The translations under genes were made by a program, and so were the position numbers. The notes below the pieces were generated by a model, which was given only the letters and a program-made list of their open reading frames with translations, had not been told where the DNA came from and ran no database searches. Shown piece after piece: positions 34,607 through 45,180 of a stretch of 64,000 nucleotides of DNA. This stretch comes from Eukaryota sp. TZLM1-RC (lineage: Eukaryota; Protista; Metamonada: BaSk clade): assembly GCA_040285825.1 (NCBI GenBank), contig JAUPSS010000002.1, positions 558,001 through 622,000 on the forward strand. The letters are read 5' to 3'. Every line of letters begins with the position of its first letter. Position 1 is the first letter of the stretch.

Positions 34607-35602
34607 ATGGCTTCTTGGCCTACAATTGAATCCGACCCTGCTGTCTTTACCGAACTCCTACAGAAAATGGGTGTGTCGGGACTCAAAGTAGAAGAACTGT
34701 ATTCTTTGGATGAGGATACAATCAAAGCTCTTCCTGAAGTTTTCGGTCTTGTTTTCTTATTCAAATGGTCGCCTGGTGTTATGGACTATCAACCTTCTCA
34801 GTCCTCTGTTGACTCAGGAGTGTACTTTGCCCGTCAAATGATTACCAACGCTTGTGCTACTCAAGCTCTCATCAACATTTTATTCAACATTCCTGAAGAA
34901 CGACTAGGGGATGATAAACCAGTTCAGAATCACATAACCTTTAGTGAGGAACTAATGGGTTTCAAACACCACACTAGATACTTTGACCCCGAAGCTAGAG
35001 GATCCGCCATTAATAATTACCCTTTTATACGCGAAGCTCATCAATCTTTTGAAAGACCTGCTCCTGTCGCCATGGAGACTTCAACAGCTGGAAAAGAGGA
35101 AGATACTTTTCATTACGTGGCATATGTCCCCCATAAGGATCAAAATCAAGGTGTTGATCATGTTTTTGAGCTGGATGGACTTTCTAAATATGGACCAGTA
35201 GATTTGGGGGAAGTTCCCCAATCACATGACTGGGTTTCCGTTGCCGTGCCTTCGATTCAAAATAGAATTCAATTATTTGAGTCTTCTGAAATACGATTCA
35301 GTGTTCTGGCTGTTGTCGCAGACTGCAGAACTCAGTGCAGGGAAAAGATATCCAAACTTGATAAACAAATAGAAACACTTACCGAGAGTGTTGGAGAGAG
35401 CCAAGAAGTAAAGGATCTCAGAGCCCAGAGAGCCAGACTTATTGATTACCTTGAAGCAGAAGAGAGGAAGTTTGAACGGTGGAGAGTGGAGAATGTCAGA
35501 AGGCGACACGATTATGTACCATTCTTAGCACGATTACTAGAGTTGTTAGCTCAAAGGAATGAACTTTTCCCTGCCATAGAAAGAGCAAAGAAAAGCTCTT
35601 AA
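34607..35602 (+). CDS. UCHL5: Ubiquitin C-terminal hydrolase UCHL5/UCH37 (peptidase C12)
   Basis: W.TIESDP.VFTEL, GLVFLFKW, FARQ.I.NACATQA, FHYVAYVP, FELDGL and ENVRRRHDY.PF. Confidence 0.95.
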   Translation: MASWPTIESDPAVFTELLQKMGVSGLKVEELYSLDEDTIKALPEVFGLVFLFKWSPGVMDYQPSQSSVDSGVYFARQMITNACATQALINILFNIPEERLGDDKPVQNHITFSEELMGFKHHTRYFDPEARGSAINNYPFIREAHQSFERPAPVAMETSTAGKEEDTFHYVAYVPHKDQNQGVDHVFELDGLSKYGPVDLGEVPQSHDWVSVAVPSIQNRIQLFESSEIRFSVLAVVADCRTQCREKISKLDKQIETLTESVGESQEVKDLRAQRARLIDYLEAEERKFERWRVENVRRRHDYVPFLARLLELLAQRNELFPAIERAKKSS

Positions 35603-35687
35603 CAAAAAAATTTATGATTTTTTATTTATTTACATTGAAAGCAAACTAAAAATACAAAAATCAACAATAAAAACTGATTCAACTTTT

Positions 35688-36473
35688 TTAACTCTCTTTA
35701 TCTTCCTTGAATGTCACATTAATCCCACCCAATTGTTGTTGTACCATTTCTTTTATTCTTTCGGTAGCCTTATCCAAAGTTGAGCTAATTAAATCCTCTG
35801 CACTTTGTAGTTCCATCTCTTCATTGTCTTCTTCTGTATTAACAGAATCAGAACAAGAAGAAGAACTAGAGTCGGGGTCATCGACAATAAACTTATCTTG
35901 ACCTAAATCATTATCATCCCTCATAACTTCCTCCTCCTCCTGTTCTTGCACCAGGTCACCTTCTGCTAAGGGAGGAAGATGAGGGCATTGTACAGGTATT
36001 GGAGATTCAGTGGATGTAAAATAGAATTGATGGTTTGGAACAAAAACAGACTTGAACATTTCGTAAAACCGAAAATAAGTATTGGTGTAAAACTCTGTGA
36101 TTGATTGTAAATCAACATGGGAAAATATAGCACTGGAGAATGGGGGGCGATGGACAGCATGTCGAACTAAACATTGTTTGAAGAGATCAAAGCTTCGTTG
36201 AAGAGAAAGAATAAGGTGCATTGACTGACGGTGATGCCATTCAGTTAAGGATAATAATACCGAAATCTTGCGAGGAGAAAGAGCCTGTGTTTTTCCAAAG
36301 TAGAGAAGAGAAAGGTAAAGGTCAAGCAAAATGAGTTTCAAATGATCTTCAGTGTAAGGTATGTGAACAGAGGTAGCAATCAGCGAGCGACGACGTTCGA
36401 TGTCTACACATTGAAGTGCTGTCAGAATCTGCTCCTCACTGAGCATACCATCTAAAAAAAGAGGAGACTCCAT
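35688..36473 (-). CDS. Flagellar central-pair C1a-32/CFAP119 (CCDC189)-like protein
   Basis: HAVHRPPFS..IFS......ITEF..NTYFRFY..FK.VF motif; probable ATG at 36473 (MESPLF). Confidence 0.75.
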   Translation of the reverse strand: MESPLFLDGMLSEEQILTALQCVDIERRRSLIATSVHIPYTEDHLKLILLDLYLSLLYFGKTQALSPRKISVLLSLTEWHHRQSMHLILSLQRSFDLFKQCLVRHAVHRPPFSSAIFSHVDLQSITEFYTNTYFRFYEMFKSVFVPNHQFYFTSTESPIPVQCPHLPPLAEGDLVQEQEEEEVMRDDNDLGQDKFIVDDPDSSSSSCSDSVNTEEDNEEMELQSAEDLISSTLDKATERIKEMVQQQLGGINVTFKEDKES

Positions 36474-36499
36474 TTTGTCAGATAATGTGGAAAATTCCC

Positions 36500-39400
36500 A
36501 TAAATACCGATCTATTTTCGTGTGGAATAAATACAACTATCTACTACACAGATACTGACGTCTTTCATTACTACTCATTCTGGCTTCAGCAATTGCAAAC
36601 ATATTCAGACAAGCCAGCCTATTTCTATTGAAAATCTTTGTTAAGCCTTTGTTACTGAGTTCGCAACTCTCACTATTACATGCTAATAAACCATGACATG
36701 TAGTAACAGGAGTCTTTTCTCTTCTATAGAATCTGGGATTTGTTACTCTCAAAAACGTAGCAACCTTTTCAAAACAAACAGGACATTTTGCTGAAGTGAA
36801 AGCTTCATTAATGATCAATACTTCAAATCCATTCCTTTTCAGAAATTGAATCCATCCAATGCCTCGAGTAGGCCTATGATGTTTTAAATTCTTCGAACCT
36901 TTTTTACTATAATCACTCATTAGTATTAAAATGTCTTTTGGATTGCCAAACTGCTGAACAAGGTTTTTTAACAACCAACTTCCAGTCTTTTGCTTGTGAA
37001 TAAAAGCTTGTATTTTATGAATGCTCCACAAGTCAAGACTGTAAAAGTCAATGGTCAAAAAAACTTGCCGAAGTTTGGCAATCACAAAGTTGGAAAAATT
37101 TATAAAAGTTGCTGAATTGGCGGCAACTGCGGATAATTCGGTGTTTGCATCTTCGATTGTCATTTCGTTAGACTCTATCATTTGGTTCCTGATGTAATCT
37201 AGCTCAGTGTACTTTGTCGCCCATCGTTTTTGCTTTTCATTCATCCTACTTTTCAAAGACCAGGACATCTGAGTCATTCTCAACCATTTGAATTTCTTGT
37301 CTTGATTCATCACCCGACTATTTCTTTGCTGTTCAGTTTCGTGTTCAGGCACCATGGCTAGTTCTTGATCAGTCTTTTTACTCCCAAAATACAATAAATC
37401 ACGTTTTTCAGAATCACAAACAACAATTCGTTTGTCTTGAAAAGTATCAACATCAACATCATCAATATATAAATCAGAAACACTAGCCTTGTTGTCTGGC
37501 TTACATTTCTGACCTGGTAAATCCTGACGAACAAATTCTACTACAATATTAAATCCATCTGTGTGATAATGTTGTTGAATTTATAGCTCTTCTGTTTGAA
37601 GATTGGTTGGTTTAAATCGAGAATATTAGACCAAAAGTCAAATTGCTCAGGTGGTTTGAATTTCGTAATTTGGGCTTGTGTATTGACCATTTTTAATCTC
37701 TGATCAGGCAACAAATCGTCCATGAATGTTTGTCTAATAATTGTCCATATTGTATCTGTATCAATAGGAAAATATCCAGGGCCTACAGTGGTTGAAACAG
37801 GAGAAATATGATAAGGTTTTTTCTCTCTACTGAAGATATACTGGGCAATTGTAATTGCTGGTTTTAGGAATATTTGAGGATCTTTTTCAACAGCGTCTGC
37901 AAGAAAATGTATATCCACTGGAAATATGTTGTCAACTAAATTCTCGTCAGTGACCAAATTCTCAATTTGACAAGTAAATGGCTCAATAAGACCTTCAAAT
38001 ATGTCTCTAAGTTCATTATTTCTGATATCATGTTGTTCACATAAATCGAAAAATTCATCATTCAGAAGGTCTGAAATATTTTCAGGATGATGAAACAAAG
38101 AACTCAAGCAATCTCTATCAACTAAAAACATGTTTTTGAATTGACGAAGCCTAAATCTAAATAGTGAAATAATTGTAGATAATGGCGTTGAGTATCCACT
38201 CAGCTTGTGCATTTCTGATAACACATTTTCCACATCTGGTTTATCAAAAAAGACATTAATAAATCGATTAATATGTTTTTCATAATCTAATTTCAAATTA
38301 TTCTCAAAATTGGCAAACAGTACTGGAACCATATACTCAGGTGGTCTACTGAATTTATCAGTTGGAAATCGTGGAAACTGTTCAGGCTTGTATCTTAAGT
38401 GATCAAGATAACTCAATGTTTCGTTTAATTTTTGTTGCTCAAAGGTAGTTCTTAAAGTATAATCTCCTTCACCATAAACAAAGTCTTCAAAATCCTGTGG
38501 AAATGCACTTCTTGGTTTTACCATTTTTTGCTCATAATACTCAGCTGAAATATAACGAATTCCGGCCATTAATGATTCATATAATTTGGCAGATATTCGT
38601 GGCAGTAGTAAATTACGTTCAAATCGGGACTGTAAATACAGCTTTAAGCAACATGTGGTGTGAATACGTAATTGTTGAAAATTTAATGCAGTTTCTTTCG
38701 ATTTGAATATCACATTTGAATGTTTAACCATTGAGTTGACGGTTGCTCGAATGGTTTTATAAGATGATAAAATAAATTTGTCTTTCTGAAACAGCACGAA
38801 AAGTTTCAGACAAAGGACACAATAATGAAGCCCATATTGAATCAAATTTTGTATCAGAGGAGGTGTAGCTAAACAATCAATTGGCAAAATATGGGAAAAT
38901 TCCCTATGAAGTTTGAGTTTCTTTTCATTTATCATTTTATATGCCAGATTGCCTAATCCATGTCCGTAGAGTATTTTTATGAATTTTTTGGCAAATACCA
39001 AAGTATCTAAAAGAAAAATGCCATTTTCCCTGATGACAACTTGTCTCCATCTCGGTGAAAGTTGATTGAGTACATCAATTGCTGTATCATCTGGAACAGT
39101 GGGAAATGGTAAATCAAAATAGTTTAATCTATTTTTAAAACCTGTAAATCAAACTGCACTAAATTGTGATTAAGAACACAATGGGGTTGATGATTATTAA
39201 TAAGGTTTAAAAACCTACAAAGCAAGGTTTTTTCGTCAGAGAACATTTTTCTGCCTGAATATCCATATCAATGTCTGGTAATCTGATTTGAGGACTCATT
39301 CTCAATATAAGTGAAAATTAACTCTCCAAAAAGAAAACATGACGGTCAAACTTACCAATAACTATTGAAACTAAAAACACTTTCTGATCTGAAATCCTCT

Positions 39401-40550
39401 CATCCATTTGCTCATCAGTTTTTTTCAAAAGAATTTGCACCCTCTTTGCTTTATTTGTTGATAATCTCGTCAGGAGGGAGAAATTGGCCATCATGATTTT
39501 GGTAAAGGTGACCATCCTGATAGGTTTCAAGATCAAAGCACATAACAGTGGGAAGATTTCGATTTGAGGTCATTGATATGAATTGAATCAATGGATCAGG
39601 CTTGAAACCACTTCGACTTGGCTCAATTTTTTTTGACCATACTCGGTTTTAATGGTTGTTTTGTCAAAATCTTCCTGTTCTCGTTATTCAACATTTCTCG
39701 ATACAAATTTCTCGGTTCAGTGCTTTTTGTTGTTTTTTCCCTTACGCATTGATGTTTCTGGTCAAAAATCGCTTTCCTAATAATTTTTGATGGAGGAGTT
39801 GATTTAAAATTAGATCTTCTCTTTTTGGGACCAGGATTTGCTTCCACATCTCCATCCATTGTTAAATCAACAGTAAATGTGTTTGTTGATAGAAGATGTT
39901 GGCAGCTTCTGGATTGAAAACATAAATTATAAACATAATAATCAAACTCGACGTTATCAAAATAACAGTTGAAGACACAACATCCCATATCTAAAGTGCC
40001 AGTACTTAAACCACAAAAAACAACAAACTCAAAAACATCAAAATAACAATTCAAAACAAAACATAAACAAAAGAAACATCCCATATCCTCAGAACAAGTA
40101 TTTAAACCACAAAAAAACAACAAACTCAAAAACATCAAAATAACAATTCAAAACAGAACATAAACAAAAGAAACATTCCGTATCTAAGGTGATAAGCACC
40201 ATGGCTGATTCAACAGCACCCATATCATGACTCACATGATGACTAAAAAAATGCAATACTCTACCCCCACGGAAGGATCAGAACGACGATTCTGATAGGA
40301 AATCGAGGCTCTGACCTTCCGTTCATGCCTGTAAAGCAGGATGACTGTTCCTGACTGAGGAGTTCGGGAGGAAGTACTCTGCTGTTCTGTGAAGAACAGG
40401 TTGAAGGAGGAGGTGGGTCCGTAACCTCGTTATCCTTTTTCTCGTCTGGCTGCATAATGTTAGAAGAATGGGAAGAATCAAGATAATCTCGCTGTCTGAC
40501 ACGATGTCTGACATGCTGATTGAAATTTCAAATTGATTGCTAATTTCCAC
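36500..40550 (-). mobile_element. Fanzor element encoding [Cys/Phe-rich repeat peptide]-2A-[NLS]-PolB-type exonuclease-Fanzor, with several frameshifts and stops
   Basis: 2A motif at 39827-39868; ExoI VMCFDLETY at 39520-39546; ExoII DEKTLLCRFL..PHCVLNHNLVQFDL at about 39145-39240; ExoIII-position LIQYGLHY; RuvC-I IVVCDSEKRDLLY at about 37390-37430; INEAFTSAKCPVC; HGLLAC..C..FNRNRLACLN. The left boundary is approximate. Confidence 0.85.
39955..40186. repeat. About 96-bp tandem repeat (two full copies and one partial) coding for Cys/Phe-rich units on the minus strand
   Basis: TAAACCACAAAAAACAACAAACTCAAAAACATCAAAATAACAATTCAAAAC..CATAAACAAAAGAAACAT at about 40007 and 40103. Confidence 0.85.
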
Positions 40551-40879
40551 AATGGTATCAAATGCCTATCGACTGTATCTCTATTAGTGGTGATCAACAT
40601 CAGCTCGATTTACCCTCTAGCTGTTCTGGTCGTTGTTACTCCGTCTAAACTCTATGTTTTTTTCCAGTTTCCTTCTCCTTCCTTTACCTCTTGTCCTCTT
40701 CCCATTCAGCTATCTCAACAATTCTCCCTTGCTCTCTCCCTCTCTGTTTCGACGGGACCTAAACAAATGCTTGTTTCCCTACTTTCTACTCTGTCCACAA
40801 TTCTAACTCAATACAGTCTTCTTCATGAGTTCAACTCCACCCTCACCTCTTCTCCTGTCTTGGTGGAAGTAGAAATGTG

Positions 40880-41720
40880 GTGTTTTCAAAACCTGAGAAT
40901 GTGGAGGGGCTGAGTTATAAAAATCTGATTTTTGAAATCAGAAATGATGAACTCTTGTGCGATACTGGTCTTTCTCCACCATTGACATGTGCTTTCATCT
41001 CTGCCACCATTTTTACCGAAGCATTTCGATGTCTATTCCACCAATTTTCTGATGATTTTGCCATAGTAGGATAAGTTCGCTATAAATGTACATCTTATGC
41101 CTCTTCCATGGCCTTGTGTTTCTGCATCATCGCAACGTTTCTACTACTTTCTCTGCTTTCTTGCAATTATATCAACAACAACTAGTTCGAAACTCATCAG
41201 TTAAAAAACCCTTATCACCAACTTTTTTAAATTCAATTCTTAAACCTTGTCCTGTGGTAAGTTCTTTGAATTTCATGTGTTGTTGTTCCCAGTCTCTAAT
41301 TCCTTCTGAATAAAGTTTGGTGTGATTAATCTTATCCATTTTTTAAATAGTGTTTCACAAAAACAAATCAGCATTTTCGTCATTACTGTAAGCTGTTGAC
41401 TTTTTATCAACGGTATTCTGGTATTTGGTAAAATACAATTCCTATAAATTTGTCTTATTCATTCTACTGAAAGATAACATTCAAGATTTCTTTAAGAGCA
41501 GATCTGTTTTAAATAAAAATAATGCATTTAAACATAAATTTTAATTCTCAATACCACTTTTCCGTACAATAACTGGGAAGTAGATGATGTAGATGAGTAT
41601 CAATTATTAAGAAATTCGCAGAGTGACTGTTACTGGGTATTTATATGTTAAATTGATCAAATGTTCTCCTGTTGATTCAAGTCTAGAAATTTAATGACGC
41701 TCTGCACTCATAGAATCAAT
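40880..41720 (-). pseudogene. Decayed Fanzor C-terminal half (family of the 17230-22065 copy)
   Basis: DWEQQHMKFKELTTGQGLRI..TDEFRTSCC*YNCKKAEK..RPWKRH and WWNRHRNASVKM..AHVNGGERP; shared non-coding motif AACTCAGYCCCTCYACAT. Confidence 0.8.
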
Positions 41721-41839
41721 ATGTATGGTGAGTAAAACTACGTTGGGAACTTGAATAGGTTTCAAATAATTGTTTGGAAATATTTCGAAGCAGCGGCACA
41801 AATCGTCTCTCCAAATTCCACCACATCATCCCACGCTTG

Positions 41840-43639
41840 ATGCCTAGACAAAGTCGCAGCAGTGATGTAAGTGTGTCAAGTGGGAATCCTTCACTTCTGC
41901 AGATCATTGTGGAAGAACTTCAAAATGATGATGAGGAACTCCGCATTGCTTCTCTGCAACGCCTTGGTACCATATGTTCTGCCTTAGGACCTAGAAGAAG
42001 CAGAGCAGAGTTGCTCCCTTTCCTCAAGGAAATCCTAAACCATGAATCAGATCTAGCCCTTTACACAATTGCAACTGAGCTTAGTAACCTTGTTCCCCTT
42101 ATTGGAGGACCTTCCTATGCACATCACTTGCTCCCTCTTCTCAATCATTTAATATCTGAAGAGGAGATTATTGTTCGCGAGGCAGCTATATCGTCCATTA
42201 AGCAGATCTTACCTTATATCTCTCCTGAAAGACTTTCAAATCACTTTATACCCTTTCTACTCAAGCTCGTTGATGAGTGGTTCATCTCTAGGGCATCCCT
42301 CTCTTCCCTTATTTGTCCCACACTTATTCACGCAAGCGAAGAAGACAGGGCACGCATATACAGTCTTATTGAAAGAGTAGCTTCAGATTCCACTCCTTTT
42401 GTTCGACGTTCTCTCTGCTCAGAACTTCCCTGCATCATATCTGTAGTTCACCAAAAGTGTGGATCCTCTGAGTTTTACTCTCTGGTTACTGTTATTAAGC
42501 TTTTATCTGAGGATGAGTATGATAATGTAAGATTAATGGCAGTGAAGGGGGTGGTTGCTATGGTCACGGCTGGTTCAAAGAATGTAAATGACAGCTTGGC
42601 AATCAGTTTGATTGAATCTTGTTTAACAGTCATCAAAACTTTGATTAATGATAGGTCTTGGAGAGTCAGATACTCAGTTGCCGAAAACTTTTCCTCAGTT
42701 ATTGATTCGTTTTCCAGTTGGTCACGTGATTGTGTCGAATCTTTAGTCAAAATCTTTGGAAGGTTGATGAAAGATCCGGAAAAGGAAGTTCGTGTGGTTG
42801 CAAGTGAACAATTAGAAGGTTTTTTTGAGCGATTAAATGATTCAGTTATCATTAGTTATGTCATTCCTCTCTTTAATTCGCTGTTGACTGATTCTCTTGA
42901 GAGTGTAAAGATTTTTGGGGTTGAATTACTCCTTAAATGCTCAAAGTTTTGCAAGGATGAACTACTGCAATCTTTATATGACTTGATTCTTTCTGACAGG
43001 TCAATTACTGTCAAAATGAAGTTTATTTCTACATTTCCACTCAAATTGCTGTTAAAACACAGCGGCTATTTAATTAAACTAGAAAAGTTAGTAAAGGAAG
43101 CCATTTCTCACAGCAATTGGCATGTTCGGCATCAATTAGTTTCGACTTATTCGGCTATTGTTGAGAATATTTGTCCTGTCAATTATTCTTTTTTCATGGA
43201 GAAAATATTTCCCCAATTTACAACTTTATTTAAAGATCCTGTATTCATTGTCAGAGAAACTTTATTTGATGAAATACTAAAATCTCGTGAATTCTTTGGA
43301 AAAGATTGGCTCATTAAGACGTTGTACCCTATTCTTTCCTCAATTGATAGTTCTTCTTACTTGATTCGTATTTTCAAACTGCGTTCTGTTTCAAAACTTT
43401 CTCGTTATGTTGACCGCATCTCTTTTGAGGAGGTAATACTACCTTTTATTGTCTCTTTTTACAATGATAGAATAGCTAATGTAAGGTTTAACGTTTTGCG
43501 CACAGTCAATGATGTTTTTGACCTTTTGCCATCAGAACTTCTTGAATCTCTAGTCAAGCCTTGCTTAGAGAAGCTTTGTATGGATTCTGATGATGAAGTT
43601 TCACAATTTGCTCAGAACTTAATAAAAAAAAGTAGCTAG
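41840..43639 (+). CDS. PP2A scaffold A subunit (PR65)-like HEAT-repeat protein
   Basis: EELQNDD..LR..S..RL.TI..ALGP.R.R.ELLPFL, EE.IVRE.A, D.SWRVRY.VA and D.IANVRFNV; probable ATG at 41840. Confidence 0.88.
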   Translation: MPRQSRSSDVSVSSGNPSLLQIIVEELQNDDEELRIASLQRLGTICSALGPRRSRAELLPFLKEILNHESDLALYTIATELSNLVPLIGGPSYAHHLLPLLNHLISEEEIIVREAAISSIKQILPYISPERLSNHFIPFLLKLVDEWFISRASLSSLICPTLIHASEEDRARIYSLIERVASDSTPFVRRSLCSELPCIISVVHQKCGSSEFYSLVTVIKLLSEDEYDNVRLMAVKGVVAMVTAGSKNVNDSLAISLIESCLTVIKTLINDRSWRVRYSVAENFSSVIDSFSSWSRDCVESLVKIFGRLMKDPEKEVRVVASEQLEGFFERLNDSVIISYVIPLFNSLLTDSLESVKIFGVELLLKCSKFCKDELLQSLYDLILSDRSITVKMKFISTFPLKLLLKHSGYLIKLEKLVKEAISHSNWHVRHQLVSTYSAIVENICPVNYSFFMEKIFPQFTTLFKDPVFIVRETLFDEILKSREFFGKDWLIKTLYPILSSIDSSSYLIRIFKLRSVSKLSRYVDRISFEEVILPFIVSFYNDRIANVRFNVLRTVNDVFDLLPSELLESLVKPCLEKLCMDSDDEVSQFAQNLIKKSS

Positions 43640-43861
43640 ATTGTTTATTGTCTTTGAGATGTCACAATAGAATTTTGGTTTAAATTAAACTGAATACATA
43701 GGAAACTTCAAAACTTCAGGGAATTAAACTTTAAATAAATGTCTATAATTGTGATTAAGACCACAGAATTCACTTGACCATAAACATATCGTTTGTCGTG
43801 AGACTGGCCAAATATTGACCAAATATTGACTGAAATACACAGATCAAAATTTGTAAGAATT

Positions 43862-44839
43862 CTAACCCTTTTCTAAATTCCTTAATATATTAATTTCTCT
43901 TTTCCAAGCCTCTGGACCATTAGGGGTTTCTAATATTAAGTTGACCCCTCTAAACACTTCTTCATTCATCAAATATTCGAAACATTCCATACCAATAGTT
44001 CCACTGCCTAAATTCCCATGACGATCCCTTCTACTGTTCAACTCAACAATTGATTCATTCACATGGATACATTTCAACTTATCAATTCCTATGAGTGACT
44101 CAAACTCTTGAATTATTCTCATCCAACCCTTTTTGGTGGAGCAATCAATCCCACTTCCCCATAAGTGTGCTGTATCTAGAGTGACTCCCACCCTTTCTCT
44201 ATAAGCCTCATCCACATTCTGAATAATCAACCCCAATTCACTGATGGATGCACCAAGCAAAAAACCAGAGCCACAAGTATTCTCAAGCAAAACGCCAGTC
44301 TTACATCCATTTTCCTCGCCAAAAGAATCGGTTTCTTTAAGAACCTTGGTAATGCACTGACCCACCTGTGCACAACCCTGTTCTTTAGTCATTTGGTTCT
44401 TCGTGCTCCCAGGGTGAATATTGAGGTAGCCAATGTTGAGCATCATTGCCCTCTTTATTTCTAACTCCAATCCCTTCATTGATTTGTCCAAAAGCTCTTT
44501 GTCTGGAGAAGCTAAGTTGACCAAGTATGACCCATGTGCAACAACGTTAAGAGGACTAATCTTGGCATCTGCAAGCATGGTTCTAAAGGTGGATACCTCG
44601 TCTTTTTTGAATTCTCTGGCTTTCCATGTACGCTGACTTTTCAAAAACATTGCAAAACAGTTTGCTCCAATATCAAGGGCATTCTCTATGGCGGAATAAT
44701 ATACTTTGGCGCTGGAAACGTGTGCTCCAAGTAAGTGGGGAGTTTTAGCAGATGTATTACAGCGTTTTAGTGGAGGAGAGTCACTGGAGGCTAATCTAGA
44801 CAGAGTTTTGACATGGATAGGCTTTGGAGATGAAGCCAT
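43862..44839 (-). CDS. APN1: Endonuclease IV family AP endonuclease (Apn1/Nfo)
   Basis: LGAHVS, HGSYLVNLAS, NIHPGS, LLEN..G.G, VTLDTAH, DRH.NLG.G.IG and LILETP. Confidence 0.93.
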   Translation of the reverse strand: MASSPKPIHVKTLSRLASSDSPPLKRCNTSAKTPHLLGAHVSSAKVYYSAIENALDIGANCFAMFLKSQRTWKAREFKKDEVSTFRTMLADAKISPLNVVAHGSYLVNLASPDKELLDKSMKGLELEIKRAMMLNIGYLNIHPGSTKNQMTKEQGCAQVGQCITKVLKETDSFGEENGCKTGVLLENTCGSGFLLGASISELGLIIQNVDEAYRERVGVTLDTAHLWGSGIDCSTKKGWMRIIQEFESLIGIDKLKCIHVNESIVELNSRRDRHGNLGSGTIGMECFEYLMNEEVFRGVNLILETPNGPEAWKREINILRNLEKG

Positions 44840-44965
44840 TCTTAAAGATGCTGTCTAATGTGGTTGAATTTTAGGTTGAATACAAATCCCTTTTTTCCCC
44901 TCCCTCCCTAATCCCTCCCTAATCCCTTTTTTGTGTTTCTGATCAACCACAGTAGAAGTTTATTG

Positions 44966-45180
44966 ATGACTCCAAAACCTTATACTGCACGTCCGAATAC
45001 GGCTCCTTGGGCACTTCTCAAAGCACTTGCCGAAACCACAACTCCTCTAGGAAAATCTGATCTTTTCACACATGCTACTAGATATCTTCCATCCATGAAG
45101 TATTCTACATTATCTCATCTATCTAAATCGCTTATCCCCAAAGCTTTAATCACCTATGAACACAATTTGTATTCTTTGCA
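44966..45180 (+). pseudogene. Truncated winged-helix fragment resembling the MUS81 WH domain
   Basis: PKPYTARPNTAPWALLKAL..LGKSDL..A....SL..KALI....YSL; similarity stops abruptly after YSL. Confidence 0.5.

Noticed and set aside
38800-39620. Polinton or viral DNA polymerase B gene
   Set aside because: Only the exonuclease domain is present; no polymerase motifs, capsid, integrase or packaging ATPase were recognised.
39955-40186. Possible CRISPR-like array near an RNA-guided nuclease
   Set aside because: Two to three contiguous coding tandem units without unique spacers.
44895-44926. CCCTCCCTAAT repeats as a telomeric seed
   Set aside because: Only two imperfect copies in a short divergent intergenic region; insufficient support.
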